A stretch of 64,000 nucleotides of DNA from Heptranchias perlo (GCF_035084215.1 NW_027139612.1:5828001-5892000), one strand, 5' to 3'. Shown: positions 1 through 10,870, numbered from the stretch's first letter. The notes: a model not told the origin generated them from the sequence alone. Numbers and translations: made by a program.

Positions 1-699
1 ACACCCAACACAGGTTCCCTGACATCAACAACCACAGAAATGAATTGTTGAATGTATTAGTTGGATTGTGTTATTGGGACCGATAGATTTGATTTCCTCT
101 AACACTCTGCTGCAGTCTCTCTCTCTCCGAATCCCAGCCTCTCCTCCCACTGCATTTTATCCTCTGTCTCCTCATCCCTTACTTCAGTTTGTCCACTTTC
201 CCAAACCATCTGCTCCTGAATCCCCTCCAGCTCTTACATATCCTTTTCCTTGTCTCCCTCCCAATCTCATTCACTGGCTCGGTCTCCAGCTGCCTTTCCC
301 ATTTAGTGCCAGCCCCTGTCGGCTCACTTAACCCAGAAAAATAAACCAGCTGCACCTCCCCCTGTCCCCTCACCTTCACGGCCTTTCCCCTCTCTTTCCT
401 CGTCCGTCTGGAGCCCAAACCCGGTTTAATCCACTGTATTCCCGGTGTGTAAAACCCCTTCTCCCTTCCCCACCGCACTGTGCCCTCACTCAGCCCTTCC
501 ACTCGATCCGGTGCTCACTTTATTCACTTTCTGTATCCATCTCCCAATTCATTATTGATCATTGTGTTTAAAAACATCTCTCTGCCCGAAAGCGCTGCCC
601 AGGTCAATGAATCACTTTCCACCCTTCGATGCAGCAACAAAGCTGGAAATTTCACCCCAGATCCTCTCAAACTGCTGCTTTTGCTCCAGGTCTGATCAG

Positions 700-732
700 T
701 AATTTCTCTGTTTCCTTTTTTCTCTCATGCAG
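700..732 (+). other. 3' splice site (polypyrimidine tract + CAG) of the GPCR exon
   Basis: TTTCTCTGTTTCCTTTTTTCTCTCATGCAG|TTAAC directly upstream of the NLVAIVIL frame. Confidence 0.85.
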
Positions 733-1637
733 TTAACTTGGTGGCGATTGTGATCCTGTCCCGAGGAAAGTGCGGTCTCTCCAAATGTATCAGTGTCTAC
801 CTGGTGGGAATGGCAGTGGCCGATCTCATGGTCGTTATCGCTGATCCGATATTGAGATGGATTAATGAGCTGTATCTCCCACTGTCATTCCTGAGCATTA
901 CTCCCGTGTGTAGTTTTGTTATATTCTTGGGTTTTGTAACCGCGAATGTTTCTGTCTGGCTCACGGTCGCTTTCACCTTTGATCGATTTGTGGCCATTTG
1001 TTGTGAGAAGCTGAAAACTAAATATTGCACCGAGAGAACGGCGGCTGTGGTTCTGGGAACAGTGACTGTGCTGGGCTGTTTGGTGAATGTCCCCTGGTAT
1101 TTTACACTTGAAACTCACATCATAATTGATAATGTTCCCTGGTTTTGTGTGACTAAATTGATCTTCCGTACTTCCCCCGCATGGGCAGCATTTGAGATGT
1201 TTCACCTCATTTTAACCCCTTTTATCCCGTTCTGTCTGATTTTGCTGCTCAATGTTCTGACAGTCAGGCGCATTTTAGTGTCCAGTCGAGTCCGCAAGGG
1301 ATTCCGGGGCTGCAGCAATGGAGAGAATCAGAGTGATCCAGAGATGGAGAACCGCAAGAAATCCATCATTTTACTCTTCAGTATATCGGGCAGTTTTATA
1401 CTGTTGTGGCTGACACGGGTTGTCTTTTACATTTATGTGCGAATTGCAGACATTCGGTATTATTACTCCTACACTGACCCTGTTTTGCTCACAGAACACA
1501 CAGCAAAGTTGCTGCAGCTTCTAAGTTCCTGCACAAACACGTGTATTTATGTCCTGACTCAGACTAAATTCAGAGAGGAGCTGAAGAACGCGGTGAAATA
1601 CCCATTCAATTTAATTGTTAAATTAGTGAAATCATAG
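733..1637 (+). CDS. Terminal coding exon of a class A GPCR, GPR139/GPR142-like (cartilaginous-fish type); late TM1 to C-terminus
   Basis: Open frame (V)NLVAIVILSRGKCGLS...YLVGMAVADLMV (TM2)...SVWLTVAFTFDRFVAICC (TM3, DRF)...TPFIPFCLILLLNVLTVRRI (TM5)...SISGSFILLWLT (TM6)...SSCTNTCIYVLTQTKFREEL (TM7/helix 8), ending TAG at 1635-1637. No in-frame stop. It starts at a splice acceptor (AG 731-732, phase 1) rather than at the TTG used by the ORF track. Family assignment is from motif recognition, not a database search. Confidence 0.88.
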
Positions 1638-1966
1638 AAAGAGCTGAAGGGTTTCAAGCACTAGAACTAAATCTCATTTCATACTCCATCCCCTACACTT
1701 CCCGGGGAATTGAAAGTACATTTTATATTAGCAGCACAGAATCACGAAATGATCATAAATCAGATTCTGATATATTTTATTGACAATCTTTCTTATTGAG
1801 CCAGGATTTACTCTGCAGACGACACATGAATTGTTGCTCGAAAAGGCGGCCCTGAAGAGCTCAGCTGGACTTCAACCAATTGGCCCCCGGGCAAATTTTG
1901 AAAAGCTGGTAACAAAAGTAGCTGCTGTGGGCCTGATCAGAATGGATACAGTCCACATAAATGGAA

Positions 1967-2615
1967 AAGCAGAGAGCGAGAGAGAGAGAGGGAGAGAGAG
2001 AGAAAAAAAATGACAGAGATTTAGAGAAAGAGGGAGAAAGAGACAGAGGTGGGGGAGAGAAAGAGAGGGAGAGGGAGAGCGAGACAGGGGAGGGAGAGAG
2101 ACACACACAAACAGCGGGAGAGAGAAACAGAGAGAAGGGGAAAAAAGAGAGATATTTAGACAGACGGGGAGAGAATAAAGGGACAAAAGAAATATAATGA
2201 TTAAAAAAGCGCAGAAAAATTTCAGACAGATTCACATAAAAGCGAGGGGGTGTGTGTGTGAAAGAGAGAGAGTGAGAGACAGAGAAAGAGAGAAACATAG
2301 AGGGAGAAAGACAGAGCTTCTCGGAAAAGGAGAGATGTAAAGACAGTTTGTAAGAAAGGAGAGAAACATAAAGAGTGAAAGAAATCATCTATATAATGAG
2401 AGAGAGCAAGCAGACATGGATGGAACGACAGAGAGAGAGACTGACAAAAAGTTACAAAGTGATGGAAGTGGAAGTGGAAATAATAAGATAGAAAAACAGG
2501 CAGAAAATAAACAGAGACAAACGACATAAACAGAGAACAGACACATTGAAAGACGGACGAACACATAAAGAGATAGGAGGGTAGAGACAGGAGTGAGAAT
2601 AGAACACAGAAAGCA
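1967..2615 (+). repeat. GA-rich low-complexity / degenerate (GA)n tract
   Basis: Long purine-rich stretch of AGAGAG/GAGACA/GAGAAA motifs; the Ser/Leu-rich minus-strand ORFs here are artefacts. Confidence 0.9.
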
Positions 2616-4309
2616 TTAAATAACCAAACAAACTGTGTAATCAGCCTGGAGTGTGTGAGAGTGCTGACCAGCAGAACAGCAGCAGATGAAGCAGGCCAGA
2701 CAGTTCATGTTTGTTCTGGGGTAACACTCTTGTGGATTTAATTTTGACATTTGTAAAGGTGATGCCTGGAGGCTGCACAATAAAGTCACTCAGCCTTGTG
2801 TACCTGGCCCTGACCATTACTTACTGGAGGAGTTTCCCAGCTGCTCTGTGTAGTATAAAATCATCTGATAAACGAAAGCCTGAGAATAAATCGGCTTCAG
2901 CATGTCATTCGGAAAAGGACTCTTAAAAGGTGGAAGGTGTGTAAAAAGGATTGTTAATGACGTATTGTAAAAGATCACACAGCAGAGGATAGATCACCAT
3001 AGCAATAAGAACGATTCCAGGAGGGCGAGAGCTGGTTTGAACATCTGCCGACTTAACTCGGTTACGTTGTGGACACTGGGAGAAAACAAGTGAAGTGTCA
3101 ATCAATCGTGGGTTGTATTTTTATGAACCTATTGTTGATAAGTCACCGTCCCAGAGATGTGATTCTGTGTTAAAAATCTGTTTTAAAAGCTGGGCAGAAG
3201 TTGAGTGGAGAGAGACACAGATCCACCATAACTGTTCCAAACTCACCTTTCGCTTCCTGGCAGCACCACCTCACCTGGAATTTTCCTGACGACTCGCTGC
3301 CTCCCAGCTTGATGCCATGATGCAGGTTTACAGATTGCCTGTGAAGCGGATGACCTGGATACAAGAGAAAGCCTCGCTACATTACACCTGTATCCATCAA
3401 AATACCTGGAATCTTCCTGGCTGGCTTGAGCCAACCATGAGAATATAACTTTCATTATGGGCTTATTCTAAGATAGACATTTGATTTCCAAACGGTTATG
3501 CATTTTAGGAATTCAGAATGTGTTGTTTTATTGGTGCTAAAGCAATTCTAAATCAGATATAAACCCAAGGTGCTGTTTAAATTTTAATGCCAATTTTTCC
3601 AGTGTATTAATAATAATAAATGATTGTTTTCTTTCTGAAGCCATGGTTTGTGCCTGAAGTTTCTTTAAGAAAAAGAGCTCATCAAGTTAAATGTAAAATT
3701 AAATTTCGTGGAGATAAAAAGTCATTGCCCCAAATTAAAGTGTAAAATCACTTTGCACCTTTTTGCTCCTCCATCTGTACCATGTGTAACTTTCCCAGTG
3801 AGCTGCTGGATTCTGTAATAAATCACAATGTACTCTTACCCCTTCTGCTGTGTTACTAAACTGGACAGGGTCCCGCAGCACTCTCCTGATCTGTTACTGT
3901 TACAAATACTGTTACTGTTTCAGATTAAAGAAATATATGAATAATGGAGAAATTAACCAAATCCCAGATCACAACTACATTCAGATTGAGTCCAATTTTA
4001 CTCTGATTTATTCAATAGAAGCTCGACACAAAATGGCTAATTGGACCTTCCCTCCAAATGTCTGGTCTCTCCTTCTCCAAAGCATTACGTCCAAATAACC
4101 AAATGCGAATCCAATTTTTGCTGAAATTCACTTTTTGGTGTTTAATTCCCTCACTGCACCGCTGTCTTTGTGTTAAACACCAGCCAATGCGAGTTTCACA
4201 CAGTTTGTATCTTTAACTATAGTGCAACAGTGATATAACAGCAACAGCAAATGAACCCCCTCCGTCTCTCTCAACACAACAAGCTCCACCTTGCCCCTCA
4301 CCCTGACTG

Positions 4310-4590
4310 CTGCCCATTTTACTTCCGGTACAATGCAGCCATTTTGAATGAACTTCATGGCCGCCATTTTGCTGACGATGCCCTCCTTGTCCCTCACTAA
4401 GATGGCCGCCCCTCCCGTCATGAAGATGGCTGCCTGACTGGAGGCCATTTACTTTCAGGTTCAGGGCAGCCATTTTGTTTAAGCTTCAGGGCAGCCATTT
4501 TGTTTAACATGGTTACCTTGACCCCAATATGATGTCCACCTTGGCCCAAAGTATGATATCAAACTTGCCCCTCAGTAAGATGGCTGCTGC
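4310..4590. promoter_or_regulatory. Cluster of YY1-type motifs (GCCATTTT / AAGATGGC) with an ETS motif; candidate promoter or regulatory element
   Basis: ACTTCCGGT 4321-4329; GCAGCCATTTTG 4335; GGCCGCCATTTTG 4359; AAGATGGCCGCC 4399; AAGATGGCTGCC 4423; GGCCATTT 4443; TTCAGGGCAGCCATTTTGTTTAA twice (4460, 4485); AAGATGGCTGC 4577. Confidence 0.45.
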
Positions 4591-4643
4591 AGAGGCGGCT
4601 ATTTTTATCCTGTCCCAGACTTTGAAGTTGTTGCTCATCGTGT

Positions 4644-4750
4644 CATAGAGGGTGCAACACAGGAGGAGGCCATTCGGCCCACCGTGCCTGCGCTGGCTCT
4701 TTGAAAGGGCGATCCCATTTCCCTCTCAGCTCTTTCCCCACAACCCTTAT
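4644..4750 (-). mobile_element. Short CR1-LINE or CR1-tailed SINE 3' end fragment
   Basis: CATAGAGGGTGCAACACAGGAGGAGGCCATTCGGCCCACCGTGCCTG... is the reverse complement of the GGGCCGAATGGCCTCCTCCTGTG..CTATG terminus typical of CR1-type elements; homologous to the tails at 9684 and 10812. Confidence 0.7.
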
Positions 4751-5159
4751 CTGGGCCATGTAGTCGTGGTAATGTGTAAATATATACATATTTATATACA
4801 AGTTGTTGTTGTAGTAGTTGCTGTGATATATAAATACAAGTTGTTATGTCTATAAGGATTGTCTCTCAATCTTTACATTTACCTCCTTTGGAAACTGGGC
4901 TTTGTTTCTCTCTAAATGAATGTTGCTGAGAGATTGTCCCTGTAACTGAGTGAGGGATCTTACTGTCTATTTGTTTTTTTATTAAGTTCTTTGCTTCAGC
5001 TGTTTTAAATGACATGAATTTATTTGAACACTTTGGCTAATTGGAAAAAGTCACAAACTGTGAGTTGACCACAAACTACAGGCTTTTTATCCACTGCTAA
5101 TTAAAACAAGAGAAAAGAGCAAAGGGAAAGTTCGTTCACCTTTTTGTTCCCTGTTCCAG

Positions 5160-5695
5160 GAACAGAAGAGAAAACGAACTCGGGGTAGTTTGGACCCTGC
5201 AGCAAACATTGACCAGGACAGAGAGTCAGACCGGCACCTTTTAGGGGGAATGAGTGAGTGGGAAAGCAGGAGAGAAAACCTGGAAACTTGCATTGGAGAA
5301 AGAGTGAAACAACATGCGCTCTTCAGTCTGTCCCGAGTGTGTGTGTCTCTCTCTCTCCCAACATTCCTCTCTTCTCTTTAGAGTCTCAGATTTGTAACTG
5401 GGGATTTTATCAATGGTGTTTGCTGAGAGATTGCCTGTGGAACGGAATGAATGTGAGTGAGTGTGAGTGTGAGGGAACTCTGGGCTCTCGCTGTGCTTTT
5501 TTCATCTCTTGCTTTGTTTTTAATCCATTCCTTATTTCTCTCTCTCTAGTGCATTATTTTTGTGCAAATGCCGTAACATGAAGATGTCGAAAGAGAAATT
5601 TTGGGAGGAGGAGGAGGAATCCTTGGAGAAGAAGCTTTCTCTCCAGAGGGGACTGACCGAGGCCTTCACCACAGGCTGCACCCAATGGGGCTCAC
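5160..5695 (+). other. Three candidate short exons (5160-5253, 5382-5452, 5550-5695) of an unidentified spliced transcript or gene relic
   Basis: Each segment is preceded by a pyrimidine tract + AG (TTGTTCCCTGTTCCAG, CTCTTCTCTTTAG, TTTCTCTCTCTCTAG) and followed by GTGAGT (5254, 5453, 5696). No recognisable protein homology. Confidence 0.35.
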
Positions 5696-5705
5696 GTGAG
5701 TTGTG

Positions 5706-6185
5706 TCTGGGTTACTGTGGGATCACTGGGAGCACAATGTGGTCACTGTGCGATCTCTGTGGGGTATTGAGGGATCACTTGGTCACTGTGATCAGTGGGT
5801 CACTGTGGGATCATTGGGTCACTGTGGTGTCACTGGGTCACTGTGGGATCATTGGGTCACTGTGGTGTCACTGGGTCATTGTGGGATCATTGTGGGACAC
5901 TGTGGGATCACTGGGATCACTGTAGGTTCACAGTCAGATCATTGGGTCACCGTGGGATGACTGTGTTTTTGAGGAATCACTGTGGGACACAGCGGGATCA
6001 CTGGGACACCATGGAATCACTGGGGCTCAATGGTATCACTGGGTCATTGTGGGATACTGTGGGATCACTGGGAAACTGTGCGATCACTGGGTTATTGTGC
6101 GATCACTGGGACATTGTGGGATCATTGGGTCGCTGCGAGTTCTCTGTGGAGCATTGAGAGTTCACTGAGATCATTGTGTCATTGT
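5706..6185 (+). repeat. Degenerate minisatellite of ~9-10 bp subunits (approximate 19-mer GGTCACTGTGGGATCATTG)
   Basis: Repeated CACTGTGGGATCA(C/T)TGGGT motifs. Confidence 0.85.
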
Positions 6186-9100
6186 GGCCTCCTCCTGTTC
6201 CTGTGTAAAAGTGTTGAGGTGCTGAAAGGTCTTCTCATGTTCCTGCTTAACCGGCTCGAGGGGCTGAATGGACTCGACTTTCCAGTGCATTTGGCTCGAG
6301 GGGCTGAATGGCCTTCGGTTCCGGTATAACAGGCTCGAGGGGCTGAATGGCCTCCTGTTGCGAGCGAACAAGCTGAGTGGCTGATTGGGCTCAGCCTGCT
6401 CCAGTGTAACAGGCCCAAGGTGCTGAATGGCCTCTCCCTGTTCTTATGCGACAGGCTCGAGGGGCTAAATGGCCTCCTCCTGATCCAACATAACAGGCTC
6501 GAGAGGTTGAATGGGCCTCGCCGTTCCACAGTCTAATATTCGCGAGGGGCTGAATGGCCTCCTCCTATTCCGATCTAACAGGCTTGAGGGGCTAAATGGC
6601 CTCCTCCTGTTCCTACGCGACATGCTCGAGGGGCTGAATGGCCTCCTCCTGCTCCTATGCGACAGGGTCGAGGGGCTGAATGGCCTCCTCCAATTCCTGT
6701 GTGACTGGCTCGAGGGGCTGAAGGGTCTCCTGCTGTTCCTGTGAAACAGCCTTGAGGGGATGAATGGCCTCCTCCTGTTCATTTGTAACAGCCTTAAGGG
6801 GCCGAATGGCCTCCCCATTTTCCTATGTAACAGGCTTGAGGGACTGTTTGGCCTCCTGTTCCTGTGTAACATCCTTGAGAGGCAGAATGGCCTCCTCCAA
6901 GTAACTGTGTTAAAGCCTTGAGGGGCTCAATGTCCTCCTCCTGATCCTACATGATAGGCACGTGCGGCTGAACGGCCTTGTCCTTTTGAAGTGCAATTGG
7001 CTCGAGGGGCTGAATGGCCTTCAGTTCATGTATAACAGGCTCGAGGGGCTGAATGGCCTCCTCCTGTTCCTGTGTAACAGACCCTATGGGCTGAATGCTC
7101 TTCACCTGTTCCTGTGTAACAGTTTTGTGGGGTTGAGTGGCCTCCTCCTATTCCAGTGTAACAGGCTCGAGGGGCTGAATGGTCTCCTCCTGTCCCTGTG
7201 CAACAGGCTCGAGGGGCTGAATGGCCTCCTCCTGTTCCTGTGTAAAAGCATTGAGGGGCTCAATGACCTCCTCTTGATCCTACATAACAGACCCCAGGGG
7301 CTGAATGGCCTCCACCTCTTCCTATGTAACAGGCTTGAGGGGCTGAATGGTATCTTCCTATTCCTATGCAACAGTTTTGAGAGGTTGAGTGGCCCCCTCC
7401 TCCTGTGTAACAGCCTTGAGGGTTTAAATGGCCTCCGCCTGTTCCTATGTAATAGGCTTGAGGGACTGATTGGCCTCATCTTCCTGTGTAACAGCCTGGA
7501 GAGGCAGAATGGTCTCCTCCGGTACCTGTGATAAAGCCTTGGGGGGCTCAATGGCCTCCTCCTGATCCTACATGATAGGCTTGAGGGGCTGAATGGCCGT
7601 CATTTCCTGTATAACGTGCTCGAGGGACTGAATGGCCTTCATTTCCTGTATAACAGGCTCGAGGGGCTTAATGGCCTCTCCCTGTTCCGATCTAACAGGC
7701 TTAAGGGGCTGATTGGCCTCATCCTGCTGCTGTGCAACAGGCCCTAGGGGCTGAATGGTCTCCTCAAGTTCCTATGTGACTGGCTCGAGGGACTGAATGA
7801 CCCCCTCCTGTTCCTGTGTAACAGGCTCGAGGGGCTGAATGCCCTCCTCCTGTTCCTATGTAACAGGCTTGAGGTGCTGAATGGCCTCCTCCTGTTCCAA
7901 TGTAAAAGGTTTCAAGGGCTGATTGGCCTACTCTTCCTGCATAACAGCCTTGAGGGGCTGAATGGCCTCCTCCTGTTTGTACTTAACAGGGTCGAGAGGC
8001 TGAATGGGCCTCGTCATTTTCCAGTGTAATAGGCTCGACGGGCTGAATGGCCTTCAGTTCCTGTATAGCAGGCTTGACGGGCTGTATGGCCTCCTCCTGT
8101 TCCGATCTTACAGGCTTGAGGGGCTGTATGGCCTCCTCCTGTTCCCGTGAAACAGCTTTGAGGGGCTGAATGGCCTCCTCCTGTTCCTGTGTAACAGATT
8201 TGAGGGGCTGATCGGCCTCCTCCTCTTCCTGTGTAACAGGCCTTCGGGGCTGAATGGCCTCCTCCTGTACCTACGTGACAGGCTCGAGGGGCTGAATGGC
8301 CTCCTCCTGTTCCTATGTAACAGGCCCTAGAGTCTGAATGGCCTCCACCAGTTCCTGTGTAACAGGCTCGTGGGGCTGAACGGCCTCCTCCTGTTCCGAT
8401 GTACCAGCCTAGATGGGTTGAATGGCCTCCTCCTGTTCCTATATAACAGGCTTGAGGGGCTGAATGGCCTCCTCCTGTTCCTACATAACTGGTTCGAGGA
8501 GCTGAATGGCGTCGTCCTGCTCCTGTGTAACTGCCTTGAGGGGTTGAATGGCCTCCTCTTGTTGCAGTGTAACACGCACTAGGGGCTAAATGGTCTCCAA
8601 CTGTTCCTAAGTATTAGCGTTGAGGGGCTGAATGGCCTCCTGCTGTTCCTGTGTAACAGCCTTGAGGGGCTCAATTGCCTCCTCCTGATCCTACATAACA
8701 GGCTCAAGGGGCTGAATGGCCTCGTCCTTTTCCAGTGTAAAAGGCTCGAGGGGCTGAATGGCCTTCAGTTCCTGTATAACAGGCACGAGGGGCTAAATGA
8801 CCTTCTCCTGTTCCTGTGTAACAGGCCCTTGGGGCTAAATGTCCTAATCCTTTTCCTGTGTAACAGACTCGAGAGGCTGAATGGCCTCCTCCTGTTCCTG
8901 TCTAACAGCCACGAGGGGCTGAATGGCCTCCTCCTTTTCCTGTGTAACAGGCTCGAGAGGCTGAATGGCCTCCTCCTGTTCCTGTGTGACAGCCACGAGG
9001 GGCTGAATGGCCTCCTCCTGTTCCTGTGTAACAGCCACGAGGGGCTGAATGGCCTCCTCCTGTTAAAATGAAACAGGCTTGAGTGGCTTATTGGCTTTCT

Positions 9101-9266
9101 GTTCCTGCGTAACAGCCTCGATGGGCTAATGGCATCCTCCTGTACCTGTGTAATAGGCTCTAAGGGCTGAATGGCCTTCTTTTCCTGTGTAACTAGTTCG
9201 AGGGTTGAATGACCTCCTCCTGTTCCGATGCCAATGCCTCGAGGGGATTAATGGCCGGCTTCTGCT
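6186..9266 (+). repeat. 42-bp minisatellite (AGGCTCGAGGGGCTGAATGGCCTCCTCCTGTTCCTGTGTAAC), roughly 70-75 diverged copies, matching the CR1 3' terminus
   Basis: Tandem 42-mer (39-bp variants occur), seen as the 14-aa repeat NRLEGLNGLLLFLC in the ORF track; unit resembles the CR1 tail at 10815-10870 (AACAGGCTCGAGGGACCGTATGACCTACTCCTGCCCCT). Confidence 0.92.
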
Positions 9267-10109
9267 CATAAGTACATAAGAAATTGCAGCAGCAGTAGGC
9301 CCTCAAGCCTGCTCCGACATTCAATATGTTCATGGCTGATCTTCAATCTCAACTCCACTTTCCCGCCCAATCCCCATATCCCTTGATTCCCCTCGAGTGC
9401 AAAAATCGTTCGATCTCAGCCTTGAATATAGTCAATGACTCAGCATTCACAGCCCAATTGCGTAGAGAATTCCAAATATTCTCGACCCTCTGAGTGAAGA
9501 AATTCTACCTCATCTCAGCCCTAAATTGCCGACTCCTTATCCTGAGACTATGCCCCCTTGTTCTAGACTATCCAGCCCTGTCAAGCCCCCTCAGAATCTT
9601 ATATGTTTCAATGAGATCACCTCTCATTCTTCTAAACTCCAGAGAGTATAGGCCCATTCTAATCAATCACTCCTCATAGGACATAAGATCATAAGACATA
9701 GGAGCAGGTGTAGGCCATCCGACCCCTCGAGCCTGCTCCGCCATTCAACTGAATTCCACTGATCTTCTACCTCCAACGCCATTTTCCTGCATTATCCCCA
9801 AATCCCTTGTTGCCTTTAATATCGAGAAATCTATCGATCTCTGTTTTGAATGGACAACCCTCTCATACCAGGAATTGATTTAGTTAACCTTCGTTGCACT
9901 GCCTCCAAGGCAATTACATCCTTCCTGAGATAAGGGGACCTAATCTGTGCATAGTACTCCAGGGGAGTTCTCACCAATGCCCTGGACAATTGCAGAAATA
10001 CTTCTTTAGTCTTGTACTCCAACCGTCTTGCAGTAAAGGCCAACATTGCATTTGCCTTCCTAATTGCTTGCTTTGCTTGTATGCCAACTTTCTGTATTTC
10101 ATGTACGAG
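9267..10109 (-). mobile_element. 5'-truncated CR1 LINE (end of ORF2 + 3' UTR), decayed, interrupted by a nested insertion
   Basis: Tail CATAAGTACATAAG at 9267; minus-strand peptide MLAFTARRLEYKTKEVFLQLSRALVRTPLEYYAQIRSPYLRKDVIALEAVQRRLTKSIPGM matches the CR1 ORF2 C-terminal pattern [15 protein letters not shown]...LE.VQRRFT. Confidence 0.9.
9684..9851 (-). mobile_element. Nested ~170-bp CR1 3'-end copy inside the older CR1
   Basis: Own tail (TAAGATCATAAGACATAGGAGCAGGTGTAGGCCATCCGACCCCTCGAGCCTG); flanked by GGACA at 9679-9683 and 9852-9856 (candidate target-site duplication). Confidence 0.75.
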
Positions 10110-10404
10110 CTTTAGTCTGTATCGAACCCGTGCGGTAACTGCCCTGGGAGTGTTTAACAGGACAGTGTAGAGGGACCTTTAGTCTGTATCGAACCCGTGC
10201 TGTAACTGCCCTGTGTGTGTTTAACAGGACAGTGTAGAGGGAGCTTTAGTCTGTATCGAACCCGTGCTGTAACTGCCCTGGGTGTGTTTAACAGGACAGT
10301 GTAGAGGGAGCTTTACTCTGTATCTAACCTGTGCTGTAACTGCCCTGGGAGTGTTTGACAGGACAGTGTCGAGGGAGCTTTACTCTGCATCTAACCCATG
10401 TTGT
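10107..10404 (+). repeat. 67-bp minisatellite, ~4.5 copies
   Basis: Unit GAGCTTTA(G/C)TCTGTATC(G/T)AACCCGTGCTGTAACTGCCCTGGGAGTGTTTAACAGGACAGTGTAGAGG; CTTTAGTCTG recurs at 10110 and 10177. Confidence 0.92.
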
Positions 10405-10660
10405 AGGAATAGTTTATAGTGCCCCTAACAGTTGTTGTAGTGTTGGACAGAGTATAAATCAGGAAATTAGAGCAGCATGCAATAAGGGTAATGCAATAAT
10501 CGTGGGGGGTCTTTAATCTTCATATAGACTGGGCAAACCAAATTGGCAAAAGTAGTTTGGAGGACGAGTTCATGGAATACATTCGAGACAGTTTTCTCTA
10601 ACAATTTGTCGAGGAACCGACAAGGGAACTGGTTATTTTAGATCTAATATCGTGTAATGA
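10405..10660 (+). mobile_element. CR1 ORF2 APE-endonuclease fragment (decayed)
   Basis: Translates, with a frameshift and stop, to GIVYSAPNS...INQEIRAACNKGNAIIVG-FNLHIDWANQIGKSSLEDEFMEYIRDSFL*QFVEEPTRELVILDLI, the GDFN and EEPTR..ILDL motifs of CR1 endonucleases. Confidence 0.85.
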
Positions 10661-10679
10661 TAGTGTTTACTGGTTAATT

Positions 10680-10870
10680 GAAATGCTCAGTCGTCGAACA
10701 TATTCAAGGCTGAGATAGATAGATTTTTGGCCACTGAGGGAATCAAGGGATATGGGGATCCGGCGGGAAAGTGGAGCGGAGGCAGAAGTTCAGCCCTGAT
10801 CTTATTGAATGGGAAACAGGCTCGAGGGACCGTATGACCTACTCCTGCCCCTATTACTTATGTTCTTATG
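10680..10870 (+). mobile_element. CR1 3' end (ORF2 terminus FKAEIDRFL...GIKGYG + 3' UTR and tail)
   Basis: ATATTCAAGGCTGAGATAGATAGATTTTTG...GGAATCAAGGGATATGGGGA...AGGCTCGAGGGACCGTATGACCTACTCCTG...CTTATGTTCTTATG. Confidence 0.88.

Noticed and set aside
68-695. Short Pro/Leu-rich ORFs upstream of the GPCR exon as the missing first exon
   Set aside because: Pyrimidine-rich intron-like sequence; no N-terminal/TM1-like peptide followed by a suitable phase-1 donor was found
1861-2566. Ser/Leu/Phe-rich and Glu/Arg-rich ORFs
   Set aside because: Translations of the GA-rich low-complexity tract
2708-3730. Possible solo LTR (TGT start, AATAAA near 3614, AT-rich 3' part)
   Set aside because: No second copy, PBS/PPT, clear terminal CA or target-site duplication could be identified by eye; needs a repeat-library search
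6465-9071. Leucine-rich-repeat-like ORFs (NRLEGLNGLLLFLC)n, also 12886-13299 on the minus strand
   Set aside because: Translations of the 42-bp minisatellite; frequent stops and frameshifts, and a 14-aa period does not fit an LRR
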